The notes under the pieces: generated by a model
Database searches by the model: none
The model's input: the letters and a program-made list of their open reading frames with translations, nothing else
Told to the model about the DNA's origin: nothing
In this document: one piece after another, positions 40,274-48,412 of the stretch
Position numbering within the stretch: position 1 is the stretch's first letter
Layout of the letters: each line of letters begins with the position of its first letter
DNA from: Actinomycetota bacterium
Lineage (GTDB): Bacteria > Actinomycetota > Thermoleophilia > Gaiellales > Gaiellaceae
NCBI GenBank assembly: GCA_046734155.1
Contig: JBKPQP010000141.1
Location: forward strand, 1-48,412
Direction of reading: 5' to 3'
Length of the DNA stretch: 48,412 bases
Made by a program: the position numbers and the translations under genes

Positions 40274-41014
40274 ATGAGCAGCCGCGACGAGGTGCTGGAG
40301 ACCCTGCGCGGGCTCGGCTTCGGAGCGGACGACGCGACCACGCTCGCCGACCACTTCCTCGACGCGGAGGCGAGAGGCAAGCGCGGCCACGGGCTAACCC
40401 GGGTCGAGTGGCTGACGACCTTGACCGATCTCCAGCCCGACGCCCGGCCCGAGCGCGTGCTCGCCGAGCCCGGTTTCGAGCGCTGGGACGGTCGCGGGGC
40501 GCTCGGATACCTGACGCTGGCCGCCATCTGCCACGCGCAGGTCGAGAACCCACCGGCCCACGCGCGCGTGATCGTCGCTCAGCGCTGCTTTCCGACCGGG
40601 ACGCTGGGCTACTGGGTGCGTAAGCTCGCCGACGGCGGCCTCGTCGCCGCGCTGACGGCGACCTCGCCCGCGCGGCTCGGCCATCCGGACGGCGGCCCTC
40701 CGCTGACCGGCACGAACCCGCTTGCGATCGCGATCCCGAGCTCGGACGGGAAGCCGATCGTCGCCGACGTGTCGATGGGCGCCGTCACGTACGGCGACGT
40801 GCTCGCAGGTGCGGCCACGAACGACGAGCTCGTCCCGTTCGGCGGCGAGCAGGCGCACAAGGCGTTCGCGCTCGCGGTCGGTCTGCAGCTGCTCGCCGAT
40901 TCGTTGATCGGAGACGGCTACGGCGCCGTGATGCTCGTCGCGCGGCCCGAGGCCGACCCGGTCCCGGCGCTACGAGCCCGCGCCGGCGGAGTCCGCCTGC
41001 CCGGTGATCGCTAG
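40274..41014 (+). CDS. Ldh_2 (malate/L-lactate/sulfolactate dehydrogenase-like) family protein, unusually short
   Basis: AEARGKRGHGLTRV, LTGTNPLAIAIPS, FGGEQAHKAFALAVGLQLL in the family order. It is 246 aa, against about 340-360 for typical members. GAGGAAGAAGG SD. Confidence 0.6.
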   Translation: MSSRDEVLETLRGLGFGADDATTLADHFLDAEARGKRGHGLTRVEWLTTLTDLQPDARPERVLAEPGFERWDGRGALGYLTLAAICHAQVENPPAHARVIVAQRCFPTGTLGYWVRKLADGGLVAALTATSPARLGHPDGGPPLTGTNPLAIAIPSSDGKPIVADVSMGAVTYGDVLAGAATNDELVPFGGEQAHKAFALAVGLQLLADSLIGDGYGAVMLVARPEADPVPALRARAGGVRLPGDR

Positions 41015-41641
41015 GAACTCGGGGTCGGCGCGGAGCGCGTCGAAGTCGGGGTCGGCGACGGCGTTCTCCTTGAACCGCTCCTCGGCCTCCACGCACTCGC
41101 GCAGATGCTTGAGGGCCGACTCCTTGCGGCCCAAGCGGCTCTCCGCGCAGGCGAGGTTGTAGAGGAAGCCCGCATCGCCGGGCCGTTCGTCCAAGAACTG
41201 CTCGTACGTCTCGGCGGCCTTGTCGTAGTCCTCGTTCGCGAAGTGGACGAGGCCTTCCGCGTTGCGCTCCCAAGGCGAAGGGCCGAACGCCACGCCCGGC
41301 TTGCCGCCTGCGATCACGATCGTCGTTCCAGCTTCCTCTGCGATCGCGGTGCGCTTCGCAGCCGGCTCGCGGACGAAGACGAACGTCCCCGCGGGAGCGT
41401 CGACTTCGTCACCGTTGATTGTGAACGTCGCGCGGCCGTTCGCGACGAAGTAGAGCTCCTCGTGCCCGCCGGCGCGCTCGCCGAGCTCGTCGTGCTCCTC
41501 GATGACCCGGATCCCGGGCTCGTCGGCGATGTACGCGTTGACACCGAACGACTGGATGTCGAAATGCGTCCGGACCATCGCCCACGACGGCCCGTTGCCG
41601 AGCCTGAGCGCGAGGTCGTTGACGTTGGCGGTGCCGCTCAT
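40970..41641 (-). CDS. Cupin-domain protein with C-terminal TPR-like helical domain (paralog 1)
   Basis: Start at ATG 41641 (MSGTANVNDL). Cupin core GGHEELYFVANGRATFTINGDEVDAPAGTFVFV. C-terminal YNLACAESRLGRKESALKHLRECVE...DPDFDALRADPEF. Confidence 0.75.
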   Translation of the reverse strand: MSGTANVNDLALRLGNGPSWAMVRTHFDIQSFGVNAYIADEPGIRVIEEHDELGERAGGHEELYFVANGRATFTINGDEVDAPAGTFVFVREPAAKRTAIAEEAGTTIVIAGGKPGVAFGPSPWERNAEGLVHFANEDYDKAAETYEQFLDERPGDAGFLYNLACAESRLGRKESALKHLRECVEAEERFKENAVADPDFDALRADPEFLAITGQADSAGAGS

Positions 41642-42276
41642 GCCGGGAACTCGGGATCGCTGCGGAGCTCGTCGAAGTCCTCGTCCCTGGCCGCGTACTC
41701 CTTCGCGGCCGGGTCGAGCTCGATCGCGCGCCGGAGCTCTCTGATCGCGGCCTCGCGGTTTCCGGTCAGCGCTTCGAGGCAGGCGAGGTTGTAGTGCCCC
41801 TGCCACGCGTCGTCGTTGGTGGCGACGAACGCGGTGAGGTGTTCGCGCGCCTTGTCCTCGTTGCCCTTCCGGTAGTGGCCGAACGCGACGAAGATCTCTT
41901 CCCACGCCGAGATCTCGTGCGGCACGCCCGGCTTCGCGCCGATCGCGAGGACGGTCGTGTTCGGCTCGGTCGCGACTGCCCCGCGCTTCGTGCCCGGCTC
42001 CGCGTGGACGAACGTGCCGGCGGGAGCATCGATCTCCTCGTCGCCGAGGACGAACGTCGCGCGGCCGCTGGCGACGAAGTAGAGCTCCTCGTGGCCGCCC
42101 TCCTCGCGATGTTCCTCGACGACGCGCTCGGTGCCCTGTTCGGCCGTGTACGCGTTCGTGCCGAAGGCGGTGATCCCGAGCCGGCGGCGCACCGGGCGCC
42201 AGAGGAGGCCCTCGTCGTCGACCGGGAAGCGGTCGAGCTCGTCCAGGTGGACGACTTCGTACGCCTTCTCGGTCAT
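41638..42276 (-). CDS. Cupin-domain protein with C-terminal TPR-like helical domain (paralog 2)
   Basis: Start at ATG 42276 (MTEKAYEVVHLDEL). GGHEELYFVASGRATFVLGDEEIDAPAGTFVHA. YNLACLEALTGNREAAIRELRRAIE...DEDFDELRSDPEF. ATGA overlaps on both sides. Confidence 0.75.
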   Translation of the reverse strand: MTEKAYEVVHLDELDRFPVDDEGLLWRPVRRRLGITAFGTNAYTAEQGTERVVEEHREEGGHEELYFVASGRATFVLGDEEIDAPAGTFVHAEPGTKRGAVATEPNTTVLAIGAKPGVPHEISAWEEIFVAFGHYRKGNEDKAREHLTAFVATNDDAWQGHYNLACLEALTGNREAAIRELRRAIELDPAAKEYAARDEDFDELRSDPEFPA

Positions 42277-43112
42277 GTCCTCCGCAACGCTTGCAGGACG
42301 ACCGGGTCGATCTGCTCGATGCCGTCGACGCGGTCCTCGAGGTTCGCTTTCCCCGTCCAGCGCGTAAACGAATCCTCCAGCTCGCCGTCGTAACCGAGCT
42401 TCGCGAGTCGTTTGCGGAGCTCCGCAGACAGCTCGTCGTCGACCGGGACCCACTCGTCGCGCGGTGTGACCCCGAAGATCTCGTCGTGGAGTGTGTAGAT
42501 GCGTCGCAGCTCCTCGATCGGACGCTCGTGATCCTCGACGCGGAGCTCGACTACGACATCGGACATGCCCGCGTAGCCGCCGTCGCGCTGAACGACGAGC
42601 AGCGCGGAGGATTGCTGGCCGCGGCTGTCACCGCCGGCTTCCTGGGCTGCCGCGAGGCAGTCGATGAGCCGCACCGCAAGCGGGCCAGTAGTCGACTCGA
42701 ACGTCTCGGCCATGGCGTCGACGGTCTCCTTGTTCACGAGGATGTTCCCCTGCGCGGCGTAGTTCGTTCCCGTGCGCCCGCCTGCCCAGTCCATGCACTC
42801 GCTACCCGTGTAGGTCGCGGCGTCGCCCTCGCCGTCGACGACGCCGAGCTGCCGGTGGTCGCGGCCCTCGTCCTCGCCGGTCAGGCGGTCGACGACCTCC
42901 TGGGCGGACATGCCCTCGCGCAAGAGCCGGAGCCCGTTCGGCCCGTAGCGAGGGTTCGCATACGCCTGGGTGGCGATCGCTCCGACGTGTGGCTCCGCCC
43001 ACGGCACGACGGAGCCGACGGACAGGAACTTCGACTGCACCGAGACGCCCCACTGCTGCGCGTCGAGGTCGCAGGCGACGATCGAGTACGTGGCGACGAG
43101 CGGGTCAGCCAT
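42273..43112 (-). CDS. DUF1028-family (Ntn-hydrolase-like) protein with C-terminal peptidoglycan-binding-like domain
   Basis: TYSIVACDLDAQQWGVSVQSKFLSVGSVVPWAEPHVGAIATQAYANP is the DUF1028 N-terminal signature. C-terminal LRKRLAKLGYDG...FTRWTGKANLE. Confidence 0.8.
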   Translation of the reverse strand: MADPLVATYSIVACDLDAQQWGVSVQSKFLSVGSVVPWAEPHVGAIATQAYANPRYGPNGLRLLREGMSAQEVVDRLTGEDEGRDHRQLGVVDGEGDAATYTGSECMDWAGGRTGTNYAAQGNILVNKETVDAMAETFESTTGPLAVRLIDCLAAAQEAGGDSRGQQSSALLVVQRDGGYAGMSDVVVELRVEDHERPIEELRRIYTLHDEIFGVTPRDEWVPVDDELSAELRKRLAKLGYDGELEDSFTRWTGKANLEDRVDGIEQIDPVVLQALRRT

Positions 43113-43338
43113 ACGTCGCCTTGATGAGGTCGATCTCGGTCAACTCCTTCCTAGGCACCAGGACGCAGGCTACTTCGGGCCGGGCCAGGGCCGCCAGCAC
43201 TTTCTCCTCGCTGTCGGCCCGGACCACGACCGGTGTCCCTTCCTCGTGCGCCTGCCGCAGCTGCGCGTCGTCGAGCTCGTCCAGCACGAGCGGCTCGGCC
43301 GGGAACTCGATCTCACCCTCGACGGCGAGCTGCGGCAC
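43105..43338 (-). CDS. Small hypothetical protein (about 77 aa)
   Basis: Only the C-terminal part of track ORF 43105..43494 looks protein-like (LVLDELDDAQLRQAHEEGTPVVVRADSEEKVLAALARPEVACVLVPRKELTEIDLIKATYG). The first plausible start after the MBL stop is GTG 43338, with no clear SD. Overlaps the DUF1028 start by 8 nt. Confidence 0.4.
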   Translation of the reverse strand: MPQLAVEGEIEFPAEPLVLDELDDAQLRQAHEEGTPVVVRADSEEKVLAALARPEVACVLVPRKELTEIDLIKATYG

Positions 43339-43370
43339 CTGCTGACGCGTTGCGCCGAACCAGCGCTGCC

Positions 43371-44081
43371 TCAAACCTCGACCGTCTCCCCCGGCTGCAT
43401 CTCGACGATCTCGACCCCGGACGGCGCCAGCTCGCGCAGCTGATCCGGCGTCCCGGCGAGGAGCGGGAACGTGCCGTAGTGGCACGGGACGCATTTAGAG
43501 GCCCCGAGGAACTCGAGCGCGACCGCAGCCTCCTTCGGGTCCATCGTGTAGTGCCCCCCGATCGGCAGCACCGCGACGTCGGGCGCGTAGAGGCGCTTGA
43601 TCAGCTGCATGTCGCCGAAGACGTTCGTGTCCCCCGCGAAGTAGATCTTCGTGCCGTTCTCGACCTCGAACACGAGGCCCACCGGTTCGCCGAGGTAGAC
43701 CATGTGGTCCTCGTCGATCGTGCCGCTCGAGTGCTGCGCATGCGTGAGCGTGACCTTGACGCCGTCCAGGTCGACCGTCCCGCCCTTGTTCGGGTCTCGG
43801 ATCTTGTCCTCGGGCACGGCCTTCTTCATCCAGACGAGCCAGTCCGCGAGCTCGACGGGCGCCACGACGACGGGGTTGTGCTTCTCGACCAGGTCGAACG
43901 TGTTTCCGACGTGGTCGTCGTGACCGTGCGTGATCGCGATGGCGTCGATGCGCTCAGGCTCCTTCTCGCCCTCGGGGCACTTCGGGTTCGTGAGCCAGGG
44001 GTCGACGTAGATCCGCTTGCCTCCCGGCGAGTCGAACCGGAACGTGCCGTGGCCGAGCCAGGTCAGTTGAACGTCGGGCAT
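43371..44081 (-). CDS. UPF0173-type metal-dependent hydrolase (metallo-beta-lactamase fold)
   Basis: MPDVQLTWLGHGTFRFDSPGGKRIYVDPWL, ITHGHDDHVG (HxHxDH), HYGTFP. GAGGAG SD 4 nt upstream of the ATG. Confidence 0.8.
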   Translation of the reverse strand: MPDVQLTWLGHGTFRFDSPGGKRIYVDPWLTNPKCPEGEKEPERIDAIAITHGHDDHVGNTFDLVEKHNPVVVAPVELADWLVWMKKAVPEDKIRDPNKGGTVDLDGVKVTLTHAQHSSGTIDEDHMVYLGEPVGLVFEVENGTKIYFAGDTNVFGDMQLIKRLYAPDVAVLPIGGHYTMDPKEAAVALEFLGASKCVPCHYGTFPLLAGTPDQLRELAPSGVEIVEMQPGETVEV

Positions 44082-44114
44082 CTCTCTCCTCTTCTCTAGG
44101 CGACGCGCCGGAGA

Positions 44115-45668
44115 CTAACCGAGGCGCACCAGCCGGAAGGCCTGCACGGGCTCGCTCTTGCCCTTCAGCTCGAGGTCGCCGAGGGGCTCGAGGATCGCGC
44201 CGGTCAGCTCCGCGGCGGTGCTCGCGCCGACGACGACGTTGCCGGGCTGGGCCTCGGCCTGAAGGCGTGCCGCGAGGTTCGTCGTGTCGCCGATCGCGGT
44301 GAAGCTGCGCTGCTCGAGGGCGCCGACGTTTCCGATCACGGCGGGGCCGCTGTTCACGCCGACCCGGAAGCGCGGCCACTCCGGCCTGCCGTGGGCAACC
44401 GCCTCCGAGGCCTCGACGAACTCGAGTGCAGCCCGGGCCGCTCGGAGGGCGTGGTCGGGCTGGTCGACGGCCGCGTTGAAGACGACGAGCACCGCGTCGC
44501 CGGCGAAACGCTCGATCATCCCGTCCTCGGCCGCGACCACCGGGACGACCTCGGCCCAGTACGCATTCAGCATCGCGACCACCTCAGGCGGCGTCGAGCG
44601 CTCCGAGAAGGCGGTGAAGCCCTGGAGGTCGGCGAAGAGGACGCTGATCTCGCGCTGCTCGCCTCCGAGCTCGCCCGCGCCGGGCTGCTGGCGGAGCCTG
44701 TTCATCAGCTGCGGCGAGAGATACGGGCTGAAGAGCTCGTCGAGCCGCTGCAGCTCGCTCGCGGCCTGGTCGAGTAGGCGCCGTTCCTCGTCGCTGAAGT
44801 CGCCGCCGACCTCTTCCGAGTCGACGGCGCGGCGGAGCGCCTGCGCGTAACGCCGGTCGACCAACTCGGCAGTGTGCTCGAGGTAGAGATCCTTGAACAG
44901 CGCCGCCGTCGAGCGCCTACGGCGGTATTCCCGGCGCGCGACGAACGCGACGAGGCCGTAGGCGACCGTCATCAGGACGTGCCACTCCCACCACGAGGCG
45001 TGCCAGTTGTGGCCGAAGGCGATCGCGACCATCGCCTCCGCGAGCAGCGTGAACGCGGCGGCCACGGCGGCCGGCATTGACGCTGGCCGGCGGCGGTAGA
45101 GCTGGACGTAGCGCACCGCGGCGAAGGAATAGAGCGGAAGCCCGATCGCGGCCAGTGCGTACAGAGGGCCGTGCGCTTCCTCCTCGGTGAGGGCTCGATC
45201 GAGCGGCGGCAGGCTCGAGAGGGAATAGGCGCACCACGCGCCGAGCAGTCCGAAGACGATCCCACGCAAGAGCCATTGACGCCGCATGACCGCCGCCGAG
45301 GCCGACGGCGAGAGGTCGAGCGCCGATGCCGCTGCGAAGATGCTTGCAATCGCGAGACCGACAGGAGTTGCGACGACGAAGCCCGCGTTCTTCTTCTCGA
45401 GCAGCACTCCAGGTGTGGCGAGCGCATGCAGCGCCAGGAAGCCGGCGCTCGTCACGAACGCGAGGGAGACTAGGAAGAGCCGCGCGTCGTCGAGCCTGCG
45501 CGCTGCCTCTCCCGACAGATACCCGAGCACGACGCTCAGCAGCGCCGTGATCAGGACGAGCCAGAAGTGGGCTGGATGCTGCTCCCAGTGGAAGTCGAGC
45601 CTCGGTTCGCTCAGCAGGAGTGCGAGTCCGGCGAGTGGGATCGCGAGCGGGACCAGCCAGCGGGCCAC
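44115..45668 (-). CDS. Membrane-anchored class III adenylate/guanylate cyclase
   Basis: Polytopic N-terminal half (at least 6 hydrophobic helices). C-terminal CHD: ISVLFADLQGFTAFSE, RFAGDAVLVVFNA, RVGVNSGPAVIGNVG, FTAIGDTTNLAARLQ. GTG start. Confidence 0.85.
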   Translation of the reverse strand: MARWLVPLAIPLAGLALLLSEPRLDFHWEQHPAHFWLVLITALLSVVLGYLSGEAARRLDDARLFLVSLAFVTSAGFLALHALATPGVLLEKKNAGFVVATPVGLAIASIFAAASALDLSPSASAAVMRRQWLLRGIVFGLLGAWCAYSLSSLPPLDRALTEEEAHGPLYALAAIGLPLYSFAAVRYVQLYRRRPASMPAAVAAAFTLLAEAMVAIAFGHNWHASWWEWHVLMTVAYGLVAFVARREYRRRRSTAALFKDLYLEHTAELVDRRYAQALRRAVDSEEVGGDFSDEERRLLDQAASELQRLDELFSPYLSPQLMNRLRQQPGAGELGGEQREISVLFADLQGFTAFSERSTPPEVVAMLNAYWAEVVPVVAAEDGMIERFAGDAVLVVFNAAVDQPDHALRAARAALEFVEASEAVAHGRPEWPRFRVGVNSGPAVIGNVGALEQRSFTAIGDTTNLAARLQAEAQPGNVVVGASTAAELTGAILEPLGDLELKGKSEPVQAFRLVRLG

Positions 45669-45692
45669 AGGCGAGCCTAACCCGGGAGGACC

Positions 45693-46061
45693 ATGAGGGT
45701 CTCCGGCGAACTGCGGGCAATGCGACGCTGGCTTCCGATCGCGATCGTGCTCGGCGCGGCTGTCGCCGAGGCGGTCGGATTGGGCCAGATCGCGTTCTAC
45801 TTGCTGCTCGTCGCGGTGCCGATCGTCGCGGCTTCGGCGCTCACGGTCTTCGGAGAGCTACTCGACAGCCGGTTCGAGCCCGCCGAGTCGCTTCAGGCGC
45901 TCCTCTACGGCGTCGCGTTGCTTCTGCTCGTTGCAGGCGCGGCGGCCGGATCGACCGCGTTCGCGCTCTCGGGCTGTCTCGCGACGTTTGCGTTGCAGGC
46001 CCTGCTCGGAGTCGGTGCCGAGCTCAAGCGCCCCGCGCTCGACCTCGACCTAGAGCGGTAG
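45693..46061 (+). CDS. Small integral membrane protein, hypothetical
   Basis: 122 aa with 3-4 hydrophobic helices (WLPIAIVLGAAVAEAV, IAFYLLLVAVPIVAASALTVF, ALLYGVALLLLVAGAAAG, LSGCLATFALQALLGV). ATG 45720 is an alternative start. Confidence 0.55.
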   Translation: MRVSGELRAMRRWLPIAIVLGAAVAEAVGLGQIAFYLLLVAVPIVAASALTVFGELLDSRFEPAESLQALLYGVALLLLVAGAAAGSTAFALSGCLATFALQALLGVGAELKRPALDLDLER

Positions 46062-47528
46062 CGTCGCCGCGGCGCTGCGCGCGAAGTCGACGAGCGGCTG
46101 CACGGCGAAGAACGAGCCCACGTTCACGACCATAGCGATGAAGGCCGCGCTCGAGAGCATGATCTCGCGCGGCGGCGACCCTCCGATCGGTGCGAACCCG
46201 AGCTCAGCGGCCGGGCGCATATACATCGCCCGGATCACGGCGAGGTAGTAGTAGAGGCTGACGAGCGTCGCTAGCACGCCGACGATCACGAGCCAGTTCC
46301 AACCCGCCTCCGAGGCCGACGAGAAGACGAGGAACTTGCCCATGAACCCACCCGTGAGCGGGAAGCCGGCGAAGCCCAGCATGAACGTGGCCATCGAAAA
46401 GCCGAGCAGCGGCCGCTCCCAGCCGAAGCCGGCGAGGTTGTCGAGCGTGACCGGCTCGCCGAGCTCCCGTTCTCGGGCGACGACGACGGCGAACGCGCCG
46501 ATCGAGATCGCCGAGTACGGGATCAGGTAGTAGAGGAGCGCTCGCACGCCGAGCTCGTTGTCCGCGGAGACCGCGATCAGCATGAAGCCTGCATGCGAGA
46601 TCGACGAGTACGCGAGCAGCCGTTTGACGTTCGACTGGACGAGCGCGGCGATGTTGCCCCACGCGAGCGAGATGACGGCCAGCACCGCGACCGCGATCGT
46701 CCACACGTCGCTTTCCTGCGGGAAGGCGACCGTGAGCACGCGGTACATGAGGGCGAGCGCGACGGTCTTCGTCGCCGCTGACATGAACCCGGTGATGGGT
46801 GTGGGCGCGCCTTCGTAGACGTCCGGCGTCCACATGTGGAATGGCGCCGCGGACGACTTGAACGCGAGCCCCGCCAACAGCATCGCGAGCCCGACGAGCA
46901 GGATCGGGTCGCCGGTCAGATGCTGGGCCCCTGTGGCGTCGGCGATCGCCGAGTAGCCGAGCTCACCGGTCGCCCCGTAGATCAGCGCGGACCCGAAGAG
47001 CAGCACGGCCGACCCCATGCCGCCGATGATCAGGTACTTCAGGCCCGCCTCCAGCGAGCTCTCGAGGTCGATCTCGATCGCGCACAGGATGTAGAGACAG
47101 ACCGAGAACCACTCGAGCCCGAGGAAGAGCGTCATCAGGTTCGCGGACTGGACGAGGAAGGCCATGCCCGCTCCGGCCGTGAGAAGCAGTGCGTAGTACT
47201 CGCCGATGTGGTCCTCGCGCATGCGCGCCGAGTACGACACGAACACGGTTAGGAGGCCCGCGCCCATGACGATGATCTGCGTGAAGGCCGCGTACCGGTC
47301 GCGGAAGACCGCGTCGGCTACCTCGAGGCTTCCGTGCGGCGTCTCGATGTAGACGAGAAGCGCGAGCACTCCGCCGCCGATGAAGCCGAGTGCGCCGAAG
47401 AACGCCGCGAACGGGCGCAGGATCCAGCTCGGGATGAACGCCCCGGCGAGCAGGCAGATCGCGCCGGCGCCGAGCGCCGCCAGCGAGGGCGAGAGCGCGA
47501 ACCAGTCGACGGACGGGGTGTCGATCAC
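46050..47528 (-). CDS. nuoN: NADH-quinone oxidoreductase subunit N
   Basis: Start at GTG 47528 overlapping the nuoM stop (GTGA): VIDTPSVDWFALSPSL... Antiporter-like core FKSSAAPFHMWTPDVYEGAPTPITGFMSAATK and LLAYSSISHAGFML. The track ORF to 47846 is an upstream extension. Confidence 0.9.
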   Translation of the reverse strand: MIDTPSVDWFALSPSLAALGAGAICLLAGAFIPSWILRPFAAFFGALGFIGGGVLALLVYIETPHGSLEVADAVFRDRYAAFTQIIVMGAGLLTVFVSYSARMREDHIGEYYALLLTAGAGMAFLVQSANLMTLFLGLEWFSVCLYILCAIEIDLESSLEAGLKYLIIGGMGSAVLLFGSALIYGATGELGYSAIADATGAQHLTGDPILLVGLAMLLAGLAFKSSAAPFHMWTPDVYEGAPTPITGFMSAATKTVALALMYRVLTVAFPQESDVWTIAVAVLAVISLAWGNIAALVQSNVKRLLAYSSISHAGFMLIAVSADNELGVRALLYYLIPYSAISIGAFAVVVARERELGEPVTLDNLAGFGWERPLLGFSMATFMLGFAGFPLTGGFMGKFLVFSSASEAGWNWLVIVGVLATLVSLYYYLAVIRAMYMRPAAELGFAPIGGSPPREIMLSSAAFIAMVVNVGSFFAVQPLVDFARSAAATLPL

Positions 47529-48412
47529 CGGTCCACTCCGAACGTGACGAAGTCCATCCGCCCCTCGGGTGGCTGGTCGTTTGGACGCGAGGGGTTGAGC
47601 AGCCGCAGAGGCGTCGTGTTCACCGAGGCCGCGATCACGTTGCCGCTGATCGCGGCAGGCCAGGCCGAGAGCGCGAGCAGGCACCCGACCAGCGGAAGGA
47701 TGATCCCGAGTTCGGCTGGGCGCAGGTCGAGCGCCGTGTCGTGAACTGCCGGCCCCGGCTCGCGGTGTAGGACGGCCGAGATCAGGCGCAGCATGTACAT
47801 CGCGGCGAGCACGATGCCCGTCGCGCCCGCTACGGCCCAGCCCCACCCGGTGCCGAAGACGCCGAGCAGGATCAGGAACTCACCGGCGAACGCGGACGAG
47901 CCGGGCACCGCGAGCGCGATGATCCCGGTGATCATCAGCATCGTCGCCAGCATGGGCCGGCCGCGGGCCATGCCGCCGAGCCGCTCGAAGCTGCCGGTCG
48001 ACGTGCGGCGCTCGATCGTCCCTGCGAGCAAAAAGAGCGAGGCCGAGATCAACCCGTGGTTCACGGACTGCAGCACGGCGCCGCTGATCCCGGCGGTGCT
48101 GACCGAAAAGATCCCGATCGTGATCAGCCCCATCTGCGCGAGGCTCGAGTAGGCGATCACACCGCGGACGTCCGGCGCTCGGAACGCGAGCAGCGATCCG
48201 TAGACGAGGCCAATCGCCGCGAGCGCGAGCACCACGTTCCGCCAGTCGTTGAACGGCTCGGGGAACTTGAGCAGGCAGATCCGGATGAAGCCGAAGACGG
48301 CTGCCTTCGAGATCAGCCCCGAGAGCACCGCAGCCACCTCGGGCGACGACTCTCGGTATGCGTCCGGCAGCCAGCCGTGCAGCGGGAAGAGTGGCGCCTT
48401 GACGGCGAAGGC
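47525..48412 (-). CDS. nuoM: NADH-quinone oxidoreductase subunit M (5' end outside the window)
   Basis: The frame is open to the window edge. Translation from 48412 reads AFAVKAPLFPLHGWLPDAYRESSPEVAAVLSGLISKAAVFGF..., then AYSSLAQMGLI. It precedes nuoN in canonical order. Confidence 0.9.
   Translation of the reverse strand, partial: AFAVKAPLFPLHGWLPDAYRESSPEVAAVLSGLISKAAVFGFIRICLLKFPEPFNDWRNVVLALAAIGLVYGSLLAFRAPDVRGVIAYSSLAQMGLITIGIFSVSTAGISGAVLQSVNHGLISASLFLLAGTIERRTSTGSFERLGGMARGRPMLATMLMITGIIALAVPGSSAFAGEFLILLGVFGTGWGWAVAGATGIVLAAMYMLRLISAVLHREPGPAVHDTALDLRPAELGIILPLVGCLLALSAWPAAISGNVIAASVNTTPLRLLNPSRPNDQPPEGRMDFVTFGVDR

Noticed and set aside
40274-41014. Short Ldh_2-family gene as a truncated pseudogene
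   Set aside because: The family motifs occur in the normal order from an N-terminus with a good SD to a natural stop. I see no frameshifted continuation in other frames. It is more likely a compact subfamily, but this is unverified.
43339-43494. Longer 129-aa version of the small ORF upstream of DUF1028
   Set aside because: The extra N-terminal part (MRPVPLRHVPAPRRDAGSAARAG...) overlaps the MBL-hydrolase coding region and is Arg/Ala/Gly-rich. Only the last 77 or so residues look protein-like.

Overview
Very GC-rich, gene-dense chromosomal segment with GC3-dominated codon usage. It looks like core genome of a high-GC actinobacterial-type lineage: a Hanks kinase, an MprAB/PepD-like triad, TreT, leaderless-looking starts and many ATGA/GTGA-coupled genes. 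I can support about 60 protein genes, one tRNA-Phe(GAA), one 21-bp tandem repeat and a few hairpin or operator-like elements. I see no rRNA, CRISPR array, transposase, integrase or phage genes. Blocks from left to right: (1) Ser/Thr kinase (partial), moeA and a membrane M28 peptidase. (2) An OmpR-type regulator, histidine kinase and HtrA protease, plus an orphan RsbW-like kinase. (3) treT-otsA-moaC-moaB-ubiA-like, all start/stop coupled. (4) A TolB-like lipoprotein. (5) A continuous plus-strand run ccmA-ccmB-ccmC-ccmD-like-hemX-like-hemA-hemC-hemD-SAM hydrolase. (6) A methyltransferase and tRNA-Phe. (7) A fused ETF beta-alpha protein plus a receiver-only regulator. (8) Housekeeping genes: phosphoesterase, osmC, rarA, methyltransferase, M20 peptidase, DUF1385, pncB and a nicotinamidase-like gene. 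(9) A short FtsH paralog, mce, DUF3107, an ECF sigma factor and ychF-like. (10) arsR-arsC. (11) A YhaM-like HD protein, DUF1015, an IMPase and mrp. (12) An orphan secreted protein and a short Ldh_2-family protein. (13) A minus-strand run of adenylate cyclase, MBL-fold hydrolase, small ORF, DUF1028 and two cupin-TPR paralogs. (14) nuoN and nuoM (partial). The strongest novelty candidate is an unannotated 16-codon Cys-rich gene (MSCNCDCECGPDCDCG). It has a near-perfect Shine-Dalgarno sequence, is divergent from the ArsR/SmtB repressor, and shares an intergenic region containing an inverted-repeat operator. That layout matches a metallothionein switch, but with a far smaller product. Secondary observations: coding signal continues in frame after the IMPase TGA stop, a run of at least 34 prolines is encoded by a tandem repeat, heme export and heme synthesis genes sit in one coupled run, the ETF is fused and divergent, and a cyclase heads an operon of proteins with unknown roles. 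All calls come from reading motifs by eye. No database searches were run.
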